A DNA stretch of 63,647 bases, the filler included, from Basidiobolus ranarum (lineage: Eukaryota), in NCBI GenBank assembly GCA_040143965.1. It is 45 parts of 45 records of this genome, joined end to end, with 100 filler letters (N's around TTAATTAATTAA, not from the genome) between each part and the next. Parts side by side here need not be neighbours in the genome. Positions count along the whole stretch, not along the records: positions 62,337 to 63,647 come from JASJQH010005593.1; 44 more parts are not named here. One strand, 5' to 3'. Each line of letters begins with the position of its first letter. Positions within the stretch are counted from its first letter, which is position 1. Of the stretch, positions 62,337 through 63,647 are shown one piece after another. The notes below the pieces were generated by a model, which saw only the letters and a program-made list of their open reading frames with translations, was not told the origin of the DNA and did no database searches. Position numbers and translations under genes: made by a program.

Positions 62337-63647
62337 AATCAAAGCTGCTTCCTTTACTGTAAGTGTTATGAGTCAACTAATGTCTGCCAATAACAAAGAG
62401 TCTGTAACAGAACTGTCATCTTGTTGTTCAACTTCTGATATACTACCAGTAGTACTGGAATAACCAAGGTCAATATCTAGCAGCAAGTCCTCAAAGTTGT
62501 CTGGACTTACTGGTTTGACTAAAGTTGCATTTCTACCTACATCTTTCTGGTCATATAATGCTGGTAATTCCATGGTATCTTCACTTTTGGCAGTGTTGCC
62601 AAAACTTTGAGGCAAAGTACAGTCATTGGACTCAATGGGCAAAACAAAAGTCATTTTAGTGTGCTTATTACTGTTGTTATACATCAGGCTTTGTGCAACT
62701 GGTGTCTTTTTACAGTGACTGTGCTTGTGATTATTTTTTCTGTGAAGCTTTGGGCTTTCATAGCACAAGAATTTGTGACAATAATAGCAGGGCTTCTTTA
62801 AATGTTTGTGTTGTGGCATGACAAGGATATTGTAGAACAAAGAACACCTCCTGCATAAGGGTGGTATTTTAGATGTGGCCCATCAATATCATTAGCTGAT
62901 TCTGAGATGGTCTCACAGATGAGTGATCAGGGGATTTACAAGATATTTCCAGTAATGGATAGCAATTTTGGTTTATTATAAGCTGTTTCTAAGCAATTTC
63001 ATTACACCAAGTTTACCATCTGAGAATTTCAATGCCATTCAAAAAGTAATTCAAAATCTAAATCGAAATTGGCTTCCAAGCCAAAGCCTGCTAGCACAAA
63101 AGGAAAAAAACCAGCAAAAACAGAAGACTTTATTGATGAGCTGTCTAGCAATCCACTATCCACTTTGGAAGGCATTAACATGCCAGAAACTAACTCAAGT
63201 AATGATGAAGCATTAATCAATTTGCCTGATTTGTTCCTTTCCAGCAATAGTGCAAGTGAAGAGATTATAATTGCCAAATTAAATAGTAAATCAATAGTTG
63301 AGCAAAGTTCAACCAAAACACCGTCAAGACCATCAACTTCCAAAATAGCCACTTTGCCCACTATCAAATAACCCTCCATAAAAATTTGGATAGAATTATG
63401 ACAACAAGGGAATTGCAGGCAGAATACCATAATGATTTGTATGCAATCATAAGTAAAAACTACAAAGTTGCTATACATGCCATGGCAAGCAATAATGCTG
63501 CAATAATGCAATTAATGCAGCATTTGGAAGCAAGTAGTCAACAGTTAGAGAGTCACTCAACAAGGATGCAAGACTTTCAGAATGCTGTACTTGAGCTACA
63601 GCAAAATGCTTCTCCCTCTCTCCATTCTCATATGGGATTTCAATCAA
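62337..63647. mobile_element. CACTA-like element centre: transposase start at about 62819 (-) and ORF1 start at about 63032 (+)
   Basis: Divergent MPQHK... and MPFKK... starts about 210 bp apart, conserved across copies. Confidence 0.8.

Noticed and set aside
63029..63511. Long antisense ORFs over CACTA ORF1 (also 22142-22603 and 17639-17827)
   Set aside because: Shadow frames of a Ser/Thr/Lys-rich coding strand, with boundaries not conserved between copies.
1..63647. Prokaryotic defence system, retron, DGR or operon built around the reverse transcriptases
   Set aside because: All RT fragments carry Copia or Gypsy motifs with integrase, RNase H and LTR context, host genes have spliceosomal introns, and the contigs are unlinked.

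Overview
This window is not one genomic locus. It is 45 unrelated short contigs, each 1,311-1,322 bp and sorted by decreasing length, joined by an artificial 100-nt spacer (N44-TTAATTAATTAA-N44, stops in all six frames). Nothing can be inferred from adjacency across a spacer, and ORF-track entries containing XXXX are partly artefacts. The DNA is eukaryotic and most likely fungal (short 61-69 nt GT-AG introns, fungal-type COX4, AIP1, Pst2/Ycp4-like flavodoxins, mitochondrial nad6). Most contigs are decayed, nested transposable elements: several Ty1/Copia families (one with a Ty5-type half-tRNA primer site), Ty3/Gypsy pol fragments, and at least five LTR families including two solo LTRs with 5-bp target-site duplications. 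Two DNA transposon families can be pieced together from scattered fragments. One is an abundant CACTA/CMC-like element with CCCTAAC/CACTAAC ends and two divergent ORFs. The other is an IS5/ISL2EU/Harbinger-type element with AGACTTGTTCCAT ends. The TE DNA is almost free of CpG while host genes keep it, which points to CpG methylation-driven decay rather than classical RIP. Host sequence comprises tandem WrbA-family quinone reductases, a GLUT-like sugar transporter, the 5' exons of AIP1, the 3' end of COX4/COX5B, and nad6 with GC-rich insertions. I found no intact novel multi-gene system. The best leads are the two reconstructed DNA transposons, an LTR-like insertion carrying a tRNA-like sequence, the GC-invaded nad6, and a flavodoxin with a MinD-like amphipathic tail. 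All coordinates, alignments and counts were read by eye.
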